Assembly (NCBI GenBank): GCA_964016885.1
Contig: OZ024740.1
Span: 135,904,001 to 135,968,000, forward strand
Direction: 5' to 3'
Source: Eledone cirrhosa
Taxonomy: Eukaryota
DNA length: 64,000 nucleotides
A model generated the notes under the pieces. That model saw only the letters and a program-made list of their open reading frames with translations. It was not told the origin of the DNA and did not search any database. The position numbers were made by a program, and so were the translations under genes. Shown here piece after piece: positions 15,468 through 28,706 of this stretch. Within the stretch, counting starts at the first letter, position 1; each line of letters begins with the position of its first letter.

Positions 15468-17485
15468 TATGCTGAACGGGAATATAAACTCCATAAATCA
15501 GATGCCAACAGAAAAAAGCAGAATAAATCTTACAACCATCTCAAGCAAGTTATAAAAAAGCAGTGCTTGAATTTGAACAGTGCATAGCAACCAACCCTGA
15601 CAGTAAGGTGTTCTGGAAATATGTACATTCAAAGCAGATACCTTACTCTCCAGTTGGTCCTCTTCGCAATCCCCACACAAGCCAGATCACTGACGATCCC
15701 AAAGAATGCGCAGAACTCATTGCTGAGTGCTATGCAAGCATTTTTACTGTTGAAAACCAGAATGTACCATCTCCACCATCTCTAACATCAAATTCCATAA
15801 CAACTATGGAATTTACACCTGCAATGCTGCGACGTCACCTTAAGAATAGGCACAACTATGCGTCCCCTGGTCTTGATGGTGTTACATACCTGCTTCTCAA
15901 ACGTGGCGGGTACTTCCTTTTGTACCAGCTTTCTTTCTTCTTTCAATACTGTTTCAACAATGGTGCTACTCCGGAGCAGTGGAAAACTGCCAGTGTCATT
16001 CCCCTGTTCAAAAAGGGCGACCGCACGTCATCTGTCAACTATCGTCCAGTCAGTCTTACTAGCTGTATTGCCAAACTGATGGAATCCTGTGTCAGAGAAA
16101 CACTTTGGAACTTCTGGAGCTCTCACAGCCTCATCCGGCCCTCGCAATTTGGATTTATCCCTAACTCCAGCTGCTGTGATCAGCTTATCGAGTTCCTTGA
16201 AGACATTACCCGGATCACTGATGGCGGCTCATGGGTGGATGTTGTTTACCTTGAGTTCGCTAAGGCTTTTAATTCTGTGCCACACAAAAGACTTATGGCG
16301 AAACTCTCTGCAATGGTCGTGAAGGATGATCTTTTTAACTGGTTGAAATCCTTCATTCTCAGCCGAAAATAGGTAGTCACGGTTCGAGGACAGCATTCTT
16401 CACCATATGAGATGTCATCTGGTGTACCACAGGGATCTGTTCTTGTTCCCCTTTTATTTGTTGCATACATTAATGACATAAATGCCAACTTAAAGAATGC
16501 CACAGTACTGAAATATGCAGATGACACCAAGCTGTACCTTGAAATCAAAAGGACAGATCCTGAAATCTATAACACTGTCCTACAATCAGACCTGGACACA
16601 ATGCAGCAATGGATCACAGACTGGCAACTGAAGTTGGCTGTCGACAAAGTGTACCACCATGCATTTTGGGAGGAAACATCCAGCGTCTACATACTCCCTC
16701 CACAACACTGATATCAAGAAGTCCTCTTGTGAACGTGTCCTGGGCATTACTGTCAGCAGCGACTTGCGTTGGACAAAGCACATCTCTAAAATTGTCAAGA
16801 AGGCCGAGGGTGTCTTGGCATCACTCAGCAAGACCTTTGTTAGCCACTTTCCAGCCATCTATTTAAAGCTGTATACAGCTATGGTTCGACCACACTTGGA
16901 ATTCGCATCATCAGTCTGGAACCCCTATCTTGCTCAGAACATTGACCTCCTGGAAACTGTTCAGAGACGTGCAACCAAGCGCATACCCTCCATCTGACAC
17001 CTACCATACTCTGAAAGCCTTGCTCCCCTGAGCATGGATTCATTGAAGCTCCGACGTCTGGCAATGGACTTGGTAAACATCCACAAAGTTATTAACCATC
17101 TCGCCAACAACAATCCTGAGCACCTTTTTGATTTCCATGTGTCTAACACACGTGGACATGCCTACAAAGTCAGAAAACAGCACAGCTCCCATGACTTTCG
17201 GAAACATTTTTCCACGCTTAGAGTTGCTGAAGCATGGAACAAACTGCTTGCGTCAGTTGTTAGCTACCGAGACACTGCCTCCTTTAAAACCCTCATGCTT
17301 CCCGAAATTCGCCAAAACTACACCTGATGTCCCCCTTCCATACACATACATACATGTGTATATCATGACTCATGCACTGTTCATTTTCCTGACTTTTGTA
17401 CATTACCCTATGTACTATGCATGCACTTTTGATGAGTTGTAGTGCACCTGAGCACTGTACACAATATTTTCATTATTATTGTTAT
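15468..17485 (+). mobile_element. CR1/L2-group LINE, 5'-truncated RT pseudogene
   Basis: SPGLDG, NYRPVSLTS, SGVPQGS and YADD motifs with stops and frameshifts; same family as 56272-59803. Confidence 0.92.
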
Positions 17486-17596
17486 TTATTTTTTAATATA
17501 CACACAAATGGATGTAAACAAATATATACATACATATACAAAGAAACATTCACTCATACATACTTATACCCCCCCCCCCACATATATATATAGTAA

Positions 17597-17765
17597 TAAT
17601 TATTTCTACTTTTGGCACAAGGCCAGCAATTGCCCAGTACATTACTGGTACTTTATTTTATCGACCCCGTAAGGAGGAAAGGCAAAGTTAACCTCGGCGA
17701 GATTTGAACTAAGACCGTAAAGGGACGTTAACTATGCTGGAAAGCATGGCGTCCGACCCTCCTAG
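17597..17765 (-). mobile_element. SINE family A
   Basis: atcgaccccgtaaggaggaaaggcaaagttaacctcggcgagatttgaact. Confidence 0.8.
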
Positions 17766-17952
17766 AGCGATGAGAACAATTATATATATAGTAATAATAA
17801 ATGTGAAGACTAAAATCCGAAGAGGGCTCGATAAAGATTATATATATAAATATATATAAGAACCCATAGAGCAAATATTGTGTGTGTGTGTGTGTGTGTA
17901 TGTACATATATACGTATATGTGTATATGTATGTATATATATATATATAGTAA

Positions 17953-19799
17953 TCTACTTATATATATAACCAGCAATTTCTCTGTCTGTCTGTCCGACAG
18001 TGGAAACACGTGCGTAGAGAGAGAGTGAGAGTGAAAGAAAGAGACAGACTACGAGAGGGGGATAGCGGGAGGGAGAGAGGGAGAGAGAGAGAGTGAATAG
18101 ACGCTAAAACACGTGCTACAGAAACATTACCTTCCCCTCTCCACTGACTTTGGTCACTGAGGCCGAGGGAATCGCGCTGAGCGCGTCATAATGACGTAAT
18201 GCAGACAGCCAGACATACAGACAGATATTATAAGGGCGCAACGTTATATCTATGTATCTATCTAAAAAGAAAGACTAAGAATTATATAGAGAGAACGCTA
18301 AATCGCCTAATGCGGTCCCTAGGGCATTGAACATTTGAAATAATCTTTGCTCAAAACACTCACAGGGCCATAAGTATTACATGCCTAAAGTTTGAAAACA
18401 ATCGGTTGGATGGTTCTCAAGTTTTAGTGAGCTGACAGACACACAGACATTCTCTGTTTTAGATATATAGACTAGCAGAAAACCGCCCCCCCCCCGGGTG
18501 GTTTTCTGCTAGTCTACTTATATATATAACCAGCAATTTCTCTGTCTGTCTGTCCGACAGCGGAAACACGTGCGTAGAGAGAGAGAGTGAGAGTGAAAGA
18601 AAGAGACAGACTCCGAGAGGGGGATAGCAGGAGGGAGAGAGGGAGAGAGAGAGAGTGAATAGACGCTAAAACACGTGTTCTGTAGAAACATTACCTTCCC
18701 CTCTCCACTGACTTTGGTCACTGAGGCCGAGGGAATCGCTGGTTGCTATAGAGACACCTTGCACAAGCTAGAAGTAACCAGTTCGAGGTGGTTCTGACTT
18801 GACACCATGCGAAGAAGGTTGCCATTGAATTTGTGGTTTGAAGAAGGTTGCCATTGAATTTGGGGTTGTTGCTGCTGATAATAAGGACCATTTGAAGAAG
18901 GTTGCCATTGAATTTGTGGTTGTTGCTGCTGATAATAAGGACCATTTGAAGAAGGTTGCTGCTGATGAGGTAATTTATTAATCAGATTGCGCAGTTCCAT
19001 AACCTACGTTTGATTTGTTCAATTTTTTTTTTGTTGATTTTTTTATTTCTTATTGAAAAAATATAAATAATAAAATAAGGTTAGAAATTTAAATACAATT
19101 AAATACGATTTAATTTCCATTTCCAGCAGCCAATGTCCAGTGTTCAATTTCATGAAAAAATTGGAAATAATTAAAAAAATTGAAGTTTAACTTTTGAACA
19201 TTTGTTTTGACAATAAAAAAATATTTCCTTATTCACACCTAATGGTATGATTAAAATTTCATAGGAATATTTTTTTCTAACCGCCTGTTATATATTTTCT
19301 CCTTTTTCGTTTTAACATATATTTATTTCAAAGATTTCACCGTATAGATAACATATATATTTATACATGCATAAAAGACACACCGAGAGACGGTGAACAT
19401 GTGGTGCCGAAAACATTTCTCATCCAAATCTCAACAATATCAGTATATACACTAGATTTGCTAGCAGAAAACCGCCCATCGGGTGGTTTTCTGCTAGTCT
19501 ATATATATAAAACTGAGGTTGTCTGTCTGTGTGTGTGTGAGTTCGAATCCCTAAAACTCGAGAACCACCCAACCGACTGTTTTCAAACTTTACACATGTA
19601 ATACTTATATTGCAGGGAGTGTTCTGAGCAAAAAGAATTTCAAATTTTCTATGCCCCAGGGACCACATTAGGCGATTTAGCGATCTGGCTCTATAATTCT
19701 TAGTCTTTCTCTTTTTAGATAGATACATACTTATAACGTCGCGCCCTTATAATATCTGTCTGTATGTCTGACTGTCTGCATTACGTCACTTCCTTGAGG

Positions 19800-19836
<37 letters not shown>

Positions 19837-20248
19837 AGTTTGAATCCCTAAAACTCGAGAAGTACCCAACCGATTTTTTTCAAACTTTACATGTGTATTA
19901 CTTATGTTTCAGGGAGGGTTATGCACATAAAAAATTCAACGTTTTGTATCTCCCGCATTAGGTGATAAACTGCGTTGTTTAACATTTTAGGGGTTTTTTG
20001 AGGCGTTATGTCAGACTGATTCCCTTGAAAAGCAAAGAAAATCCAACTTTCTTATGGCCTAGGGCCCGCATTAGGTGAAAAACTTCATTTTTTCAGCTTC
20101 TTAGGGCTTTTTGGAGGCGTTACGTCTAGCCGATTTTCCCTAAATTTCAAGGCATATTATGCACATTAAAAAAATGCAGTTTTTAGGTCTATTGGCGGCC
20201 CGCGTTCCAAAATACCTTATCCCGTGCAACGCCGGGTACCACTGCTAG
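17953..20248 (+). mobile_element. Array of three non-autonomous Helitron-like units (17953-18512, 18513-19497, 19498-20248)
   Basis: Each unit starts with TC, then a TA-rich stretch and (GTCT)n, and ends in a hairpin plus CTAG. Confidence 0.75.
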
Positions 20249-20832
20249 TAATAATAATAATAAATGCGAAGACTAAAATCCAAAGAGGGCTCGATAAGGA
20301 TAAATATATATCAAATATATATATGAACCCTAGTCTCAGAAGATCCCGCCAACGGTGAAAGCAGCGATTCTTTGCTTAAACTTTAACGGGATCTTCTGAA
20401 GCTAAAAAAAAAAATCAATCTGTGGACGCAGAAGTAAATATTTCGAAAAACGTTACAACCGAAGGAAAACAGAAAGACGATACTTTGGTTCATGAAGACG
20501 TTCGCTAGCAATGAACAGAAAAAAAGCGGGGATAATTCCGTCGTTATGTGGAGCGATGAGAACAATTACACGCAAAGACACAACCACGTTTATGGTATAA
20601 ATGGAGTCATTAGACTAATATTCTATTTAGAATAACCGATGTATATATGTATACATATATGTATATGTATGTATGGGTATGAATATGTGTATATATATAT
20701 GCGTGTAGGTGTATGCGTGCGTGTATATGTGAGTATATATATATATATATATTCTTAAACTCCGGAGCTGAGATTCATTCGGTTATTCTAAATAGAATAT
20801 TAGTCTAATGACTCCATTTAAACCATAACAGT

Positions 20833-20950
20833 GAAGGCGTGTGGCTGAGTAGTTAGATAATTGGATTCACAATCTTGAGGTTGTGAGTTCGATTCCTGGA
20901 CCGGGCGATGCGTTATGTCCTAGAGCAAGACACTTTATATCACGTTCCTT
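20833..20950 (+). mobile_element. tRNA-derived SINE head (family B)
   Basis: gaaggcgtgtggctgagtagttaga ... gagttcgattcc ... gagcaagacactt. Confidence 0.75.
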
Positions 20951-21319
20951 CTACCTGGAGTTGTGACCGATAGATAGCACTAACAACTGGAAAGACCAAC
21001 GGAAACATTGTTTCCTCGGTCCGATTTGACGAAAGTCGATCGATATATATATATATACTATAAACGTGTCTTTGTCTTGGCGTGAAATTGTTCTCATCAC
21101 TCCGACGTAATTATCCATACTGTAAATGTGGTTGGTGTTAAAAGTCCTAGCTTGGCCGCAAAATCAGTTTTCCAGAAACAAAATGTTATAACAAACGTAT
21201 TTATTTCACGAAAGCACAGACAGCTTATCGTCATTGTTACTGCCGGTATGCTACCCAAAAAGTCCTAGCCTGGTCGCAAGATTAGATTTTCCAGAAGAAA
21301 AAATGTTACTAGAGCAACA

Positions 21320-22441
21320 GAGACTAAGCTTCGCGATTACCATCAACAAAGCTCAGGGTCAAACCCTAAAAGTGGCTGGCCTTAATCTGGGAAAACCATG
21401 GTCAATTGTATGTAGGATGCTCTAGAGTGAGCTCGCCAAACAATCTCTTCATCTTTGCTCCCAAGGGCCGAACAAAAAATATCGTATACTCTGAGGCTCT
21501 AACAATGTAATTTATGTATTTTCTGTTACTTGGAATTTCCATTATGGTTGTACAAATTATTGTAAAGTTTGTTAAAAAATTTGTTCTCTGTTCAACCTTT
21601 ATTGTTGTAACTATCAATTTTCTTTAACGTACTGGCTGAGAAAAGAAACCTACAATGAAAGAACATCTTAAAGTTTACCCAAGCCAAATGTTGTATTTAT
21701 TAACATTTCTATCTGCAGGTTCTTAGCAAGCTTACTGGCGCTTTAGTATGGTATTCAATTCTCATATCGTTTTTGATTGATATGGTGCAGCTATTCATAT
21801 GTTTTAAACATTAGATAACGATTGCTGATGTATATTGTACGACAGAATTAGTTAAAAAATATTTTGAATGAACAAATAAAAGAGATATAAAAGAGAGATG
21901 TTTGTTGGTTGGTTCCTTCGCGTATCATACAAAAAAAAAAAGAAAAGTGACAATTGGAAAGTATGTACAGGATTGGGATAAGAGTATATCCAGGAAAGTT
22001 TATTGATACTAATTTTATAACACCAAAGAAGAAGAAAGACATACCACGTATGCTAACCAACCTGACTGCTATTTCTAGCAGGTTGGGAATCAACTATAAG
22101 GGATTCTCTCTGCGAGTTCGTTGTCAGTGACGATCGTATTTCGCGGCCTATGTCTCCGATTCCAATGGTGGTTTACACACACACACATACACATACGCAC
22201 ACACACGAACACTCACACAGGCACACAGACGCATACACACACACACATATATATATATATATACACACATGAACACTCTCACACACATGAACACTCACAC
22301 ACACACATATATACACAAACACACACAAACATACAGACACACACACACATAATACACACACACATTCAATACAGACGTTTTCTCTTCTGCCGGTCTTCTC
22401 TTATCATTTGTTAACCTTAGAGAAGCTGGGTACCTCAGCTA

Positions 22442-22442
<1 letters not shown>
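21320..22442 (+). mobile_element. Helitron remnant: PIF1-like helicase C-terminus (21320-21510) and probable 3' end
   Basis: RLSFAITINKAQGQTLKVAGLNL / HGQLYVGCSRV...TKNIVYSEAL; terminus gaagctgggtacctcagCTAG. Confidence 0.8.
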
Positions 22443-22487
<45 letters not shown>

Positions 22488-22498
<11 letters not shown>

Positions 22499-22760
22499 GA
22501 ATATTTTTCACCGTATTTTTGACTAAAGGAATTTTAGCCTGATAATGGGGTTTAGAACCCTCAGATAAATGGAAAAAGATGAGTATTGACGTATATTGAC
22601 GTACATAGGCTCCCATGTACGTCAATACTCATCTTTTTCCATTTATCTGAGGGTTCTAAACCCCATTATCAGGCTAAAATTCCTTTAGTCAAAAATACGG
22701 TGAAAGCTATTCTATTTTCTAATTTTAAACCTGCTCACTGTTTCAAAACATACTTACTTG
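22488..22760 (+). mobile_element. Fold-back element (family F)
   Basis: Arms 22488-22605 and 22616-22723 plus a tail of about 38 nt; homologous to 59808-60180. Confidence 0.8.
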
Positions 22761-22781
22761 ATATATATATATATATATATA

Positions 22782-22899
22782 TTTCGTTTCTGAATTTGTT
22801 TAGCAAGATTCTTTATCTGAAAACGTGTGTTGAAACCGATATTGTTATAGTGCGTGTGTTTCTTATTGGCAACATGACCCTCCCAAAGTATAACAATAT
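22782..22899. repeat. Rearranged Penelope-type terminus
   Basis: 22782-22849 is the reverse complement of about 6310-6376; 22850-22898 is a direct copy of about 6269-6318; related to 8860-8956. Confidence 0.7.
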
Positions 22900-22939
22900 A
22901 TATATATATATATATAAGTATGTATATATATACGGCTAA

Positions 22940-23490
<551 letters not shown>

Positions 23491-23632
23491 GAGTTTATGT
23501 TGGTTGTATACCAACACCTCAGTATGCAGGCTGGAGCACTCGACGAAGTGCGCAGGTTGGTTTGGTTACTCCGGAGTAGTGTAAAATAAAGTTAAATAAA
23601 AGTCAAATGATTAAAATTTAGCTTCGTTTATT

Positions 23633-23687
23633 ACTGCTATATATATTTCAGTGACAGCCATCTTTGGCTGTGACCTCTTCAGGCAGT
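23633..23687 (-). ncRNA. Type I hammerhead ribozyme motif
   Basis: Mirror of 23959-24013. Confidence 0.75.
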
Positions 23688-23958
23688 TTGAATTAGTATG
23701 GTATAGACAAGTACATATGTTGTTTAGGTGTATGATATTGTCAATACTCTGATATGCCCAGTTCCTTGTTGGGTTGTTAATTCACTGGGGAACTGGAGTC
23801 ATATGACTCTTGGGTTGTTAATTCACTGGGGAACTGGAGTCATATGACTCCAGTTCCCCAGTGAATTAACAACCCAACAAGGAACTGGGCATATCAGAGT
23901 ATTGACAATATCATACACCTAAACAACATATGTACTTGTCTATACCATATTAATTCAA

Positions 23959-24013
23959 ACTGCCTGAAGAGGTCACAGCCAAAGATGGCTGTCACTGAAA
24001 TATATATAGCAGT
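23959..24013 (+). ncRNA. Type I hammerhead ribozyme motif
   Basis: actgc-CTGAAGA-g-gtcacagcc(aaagat)ggctgtcac-t-GAAA-tatata-TA-gcagt; all three stems are present. Confidence 0.78.
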
Positions 24014-24057
24014 AATAAACGAAGCTAAATTTTAATCATTTGACTTTTATTTAACTT

Positions 24058-24107
<50 letters not shown>

Positions 24108-24123
24108 GTACAAACACACACAA

Positions 24124-24168
<45 letters not shown>

Positions 24169-25274
24169 CATGTATCTAGCTGTCGAAATGGCCGGAGCTC
24201 AGCCGTTGGGGTTCTGTCCTGACTCTTTTCCTATACAGGCATATATAAATGAGTTATATATATATATATACACACACATATATATGAGTTATATATGATA
24301 TACTCTGCCATCAATTTCGACAAATGAGTATCCAACCGCCCAGTCAGTTATCTAATGCTTTAATCCGGCTTTAGATTTTACAAAGTGACAATCCTCACAG
24401 ATCACAGCATGGTCGAAACAAACCGGTGACAAGCTGGAATGGAATTTTCAATTTTTCTTCATTTTCTGTTAGCTTATCTATTACAATGTAACAAAGTTTT
24501 CGCCATAATTTGCAATCCTTCGCCATTGTTTCGAAGAATATTATAGGTGTATTTGAATTAAATAACTTCGATTCCCTGGATACTATCATAAATAGGTAAT
24601 CCAAATTTGATTTCCTAGATAATAAGATCATAAATATGTTATCCAAATTCGATTTCTTGGATGATGAGATAATAAATAGGTTGTCGAAAGTTACGAAATT
24701 GCAACATTGTGTGTAGAATGAGAGAGCTCTTCCCCTGAAAACAAAGATAAATGTGGTTCTAACTGTAATATTTTCTAGCTTATTTTATGGATCTCAGACC
24801 TCGACTTCTCATAAAGTCACATATAGAACGCAGAGATATTTTCCATAAACGTTGTTTGCGTAACGTGTACGTAAATACTGCTACGAACAGCGTTTATAAT
24901 ATTGATCTTTTCAAGAAATGTGATATTGCAGCTTTTAGCTTAACTGGTCGTATAATTTGGAAGAGTGAAGAAAAACCTATTCAAACTTCCCCATACCTCT
25001 AACTTTATAATAGGATATGAAATGTTGGGGGACCTTTCTTAAGATACAAAGGTAAACTAAAATCGAATTCAAATATAGGCATAAGTGTGTGTGTGTGTGT
25101 ATGTGCTTATACAATCAGTTTGTTTTATTGGAAGAGATACTATGTCAGATTGAACAGCTTATACGATCTTAAGATGAACAATCCTGATTGTTCAAAAGAG
25201 TTCTGCAATACGGTGCAAAATGTGAATGGCTTTCCGTTAAATATGGGGAAGACAAACTCGTGTAATGTTTCAAC

Positions 25275-25370
25275 CAGTTGATGCTAGAATCATGAAAGGC
25301 TGGTGATATTCCAAAGGATTGAAAATATACTAATATCGTCCTCGTATTCAAGAAAAGAATTTCAAACGAT
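25275..25370 (+). pseudogene. Highly degraded LINE RT fragment
   Basis: GDIPKD*KYTNIVLVFKK resembles the G.IP.DWK.A.I.P.FKKG motif. Confidence 0.4.
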
Positions 25371-25974
25371 AGAATTGGTTTCACAAATGTTTCGACACGT
25401 TAAACCTGTCGGAAGTGGAGCAGATATTCAGAAGGTTTACATATTCAGAAAAGTAATTCGAATGATAGCGTCCTAATACACTGGAACGGGGGCTCTCTCC
25501 ACGCAGTTAAAATCCAATTTTACACAAAAAACCTAGCAATGAGAACGAGAACGACAATTTCTCAAAGAATGTTCGGTAAGTTTAGTAGAAAAAGTTGTGT
25601 TTTTCTTAAGTATATTATAGTCAAGATACGAAACTCTTTTTTGGATAGCCTCAAATAGTAAATACGGATGAAACTCCTTTAAATTTTGATGTTCTAAGCA
25701 ATAAAACTACAGGTGTAAAAGATACCAAAATTGTTATTGCAAATGAAGAGAAGCCTTATACAGCGGTATTAGCATGTCGTGCAGATAGAACAAAATGAAC
25801 AACAGTGTTAATTATCAAAAGAAAGCCAGCGGTGTCTACATTCACGTGTGTGACAAGGGATGACTAGATGAAGAAAATACTACTTTAACAAACTGTAATA
25901 GGATTATTAAACAAGCCTTCCCTACTTGTACTGGGATTCCTTTAGGGTTTACAATTAGCAATTACATTCGCCTA

Positions 25975-26896
25975 CCTCCCTTCTTCTGATTACTGAATGC
26001 TGAAGTTGGCACATTACTGCTTCGGCTTTTGCAATTCTTGCACTTAATTCAGCCCCCTGCCTTCAATCACTCGTGAACACGGCCCAAAGATACTTGAACT
26101 TCTCTAACCGTTTCAGTGGAACTCCATTCACATGTAAAGTGCACTGCGCAGGCTTCCTTGAGAAGATAAGTGTCTCAGTTTTCGCAGCACTGATTTTCAT
26201 TCTAACCATGCAGCACTCGGCATCTAACCCATCGAGTGCAAGTCGGAGATCACCTTCTTGTCGGGATAAGTAACACCATGTCGTCTGCAAATTTCAGCGG
26301 ACTGATTTTGCACCCGCCTGTCATGATACCACATACAATCCAGCAGCACATGTCAATCCTGTTCATGCAAATAATGAACAGGAGAGGTGAGAGTACGCAC
26401 CTAATTTGGTTTTCGTGCCAACCCTTACTTATGGTATGGTCATGAATCTTGGGTAATGACCGAAAGAATACGATCGCGAATAGAAGCGGCCGAAATGGGA
26501 TTCCTCTGAAGAGTCTTAGGAATTACGTTACTTGATAAAGTGTGTAGCTTGGAGATCAGAGAGTCACTCCTGGTAGAGCCGCTACTTCTCCGAATTGAGA
26601 GATCGCAGTTCCGATACTATGGGCATGTGGTGAGAATGTCTCAGGAAAGAATGGCTGGATAGATTTTACTGGCAAAACCAACCGGCAAGAGACCCAGGGG
26701 TAGATCCCGAGCAAGATGGTTGGATAACATCCATGAGCTTGGTCACGCTTGGGGATCCAGCCAGATCAGTTGGAGATGGTTGCTTCTGACAGGACCCGCT
26801 GGAAAGAGTGTTTGATGTCTCTGCCCCCACGACCCTCTCAGGAAGAAGAAGAAGAAGAAGAAGAAGAAGAAGAAGAAGAAGAAGAAGAAGAAGAAG

Positions 26897-26925
<29 letters not shown>
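25975..26925 (+). mobile_element. RTE-group LINE with 5' inversion and (GAA)n tail
   Basis: Minus strand 25975-26400 reads CVLSPLLF...ADDMVL...FKYL; plus strand from about 26401 reads VPTLTYG/HESW...KRPRGR. Confidence 0.85.
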
Positions 26926-26927
<2 letters not shown>

Positions 26928-27355
26928 TGGACGGTTTAACAAGTCGCTTACAACTTCTCAATATTTCTATTAATAACATTTTTAAAGGATTCATGAGAGA
27001 AGAATGGAATAACTAGTTGCAACAAGATTTTATTAAAACCGCCTACGGGTGAAAAGCGAAGAAACGATATATATGCTCAGATGTTCACCTGATTGAAGTA
27101 TTCGTAGAAAAGCGACTTACTGATCTAGGGTTTTTAAAAAGTCTTGCATCAGTAACGCAATGGATGGTACTGAGGGTGATATCCTCTTTTAAAATGATTG
27201 AGCATCCAATGATGAAATTCTTTCCTAGACTATAGTGAAAGCAACGAGGATTTTGTGCTTCAATACTAACTAAATAAACCTTTTTGTGAGCTGAGGTATT
27301 TTTTTTTATTTCGATTTTTTTAGTTCTTTGGTGTCCGAAACAATATTCACCAGTT

Positions 27356-27950
27356 GGTGCTACTGGTAACATGTATCCCAGTACAACCTGTCTCATGGTC
27401 CGGTCGTTGGCGACTAAACTGACAACCCCACCAAGGTTTCTTGGTGAGGAGGGTGACTTTGGACATCCTGCAGGACTAAAAACAAAACCTGTCAAAGGAC
27501 AAAGGAGCTCTTAAGAGTCAATGGCCATCCAAAATCACCGAGAGAGATGACCCCTTAGCCTTTGTCAAGGCAGAATTCTAGGAGAAGGAAAACTCTGATA
27601 TAACACCTGCAACCCTGATGGTATCCAATGATGTTGACTTGTTCTTCCTTTTGGTAAATATCATCTTGGTTAAGAGAGTGGGACTGGCTTTGTGCAGTGC
27701 CTTTGCTCACTATAAAAGCCTCACGGCACAGGCATTGCTTTATATCTGGAGATCTCTCTGCACTTGTCGTTACATGGTACCATGGGCCCAGTACTATGCG
27801 TCAATAATTGTCACAGGTGTAGTGTTTGTACCAGAGTTTTCAAGTCGCTGGCTGGACTAAAAACTCACACTCGTTCAGCGCATCGGTGGGGGTTCTCCTA
27901 CATGGATATAAAGTAGTGGCCGTACTCGAAAACAAGTTGGCAGCTACCAT
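27356..27950 (+). mobile_element. Bipartite non-autonomous RTE derivative (family G)
   Basis: RTE-type 5' UTR motif ctaggagaaggaaaactctga; C2H2 remnant CSVCTRVFKSLAGLKTHTRSAH; (ATGT)n tail. Confidence 0.65.
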
Positions 27951-28164
27951 GTATGTATGTATGTATGTATGTATGTATGTATGTATGTATGTATGTATGT
28001 ATGTATGTATGTATGTATGTATGTATGTACGTGTGAAAATGTCGGGCTGGACACCCGATCGCGCGGTTAAACCACATGTACATATGTGTGTATATATGTA
28101 TATGTGTGTATATGTATATGTGTATATACATGGGTGCATGTGTATGTATATGCACGGGGACATA

Positions 28165-28430
28165 GAAATAGTCGGGCTGGACACCCGATCGCGCGGTTAA
28201 ACCACTGGGAGTGAAGGACCCCTAGCCTTTGTCAGGGCATTCTTCTAGGAGAAGGCAACTCAGGAAACTGGAATAAAAAAAAAACCTGCGGCTCAGTAGT
28301 TATCGATGATGTTGATCTTTTCTTATTTTCGAGTTATAGCTACTGTTGCTCAGAGAGTGGGATTGGCTCTGTGCACAGTCTTTCCTCATTTAAAAAAATA
28401 TCTTCACGCACAGGCATTGCACGATAGAAT
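28165..28430 (+). mobile_element. Family G partial copy
   Basis: Reverse complement matches about 62360-62620. Confidence 0.65.
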
Positions 28431-28706
28431 TAATTAATAATTATTAATAATTGTTTCTACGTTAGGCACAAGGCCAGCAAATACCCAGTGTATTACTGGT
28501 ACTATATTTTACATACATGCATACGTACGTGATACATACATACAGCCATTGCACGATATACCATTAATAATTATTAATAATGGTATATCGTGCAATGGCC
28601 ATACTCGATACTCGATAATGGCCATCATCATGTATGCATGAATAGATGTATGTATGTATCACGTACGTATGCATGTATGTATGTATGTGTATATACATAA
28701 TATATA

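Noticed and set aside
26749-26973. Poly-Glu ORF
   Set aside because: It is the (GAA)n tail of the RTE element.
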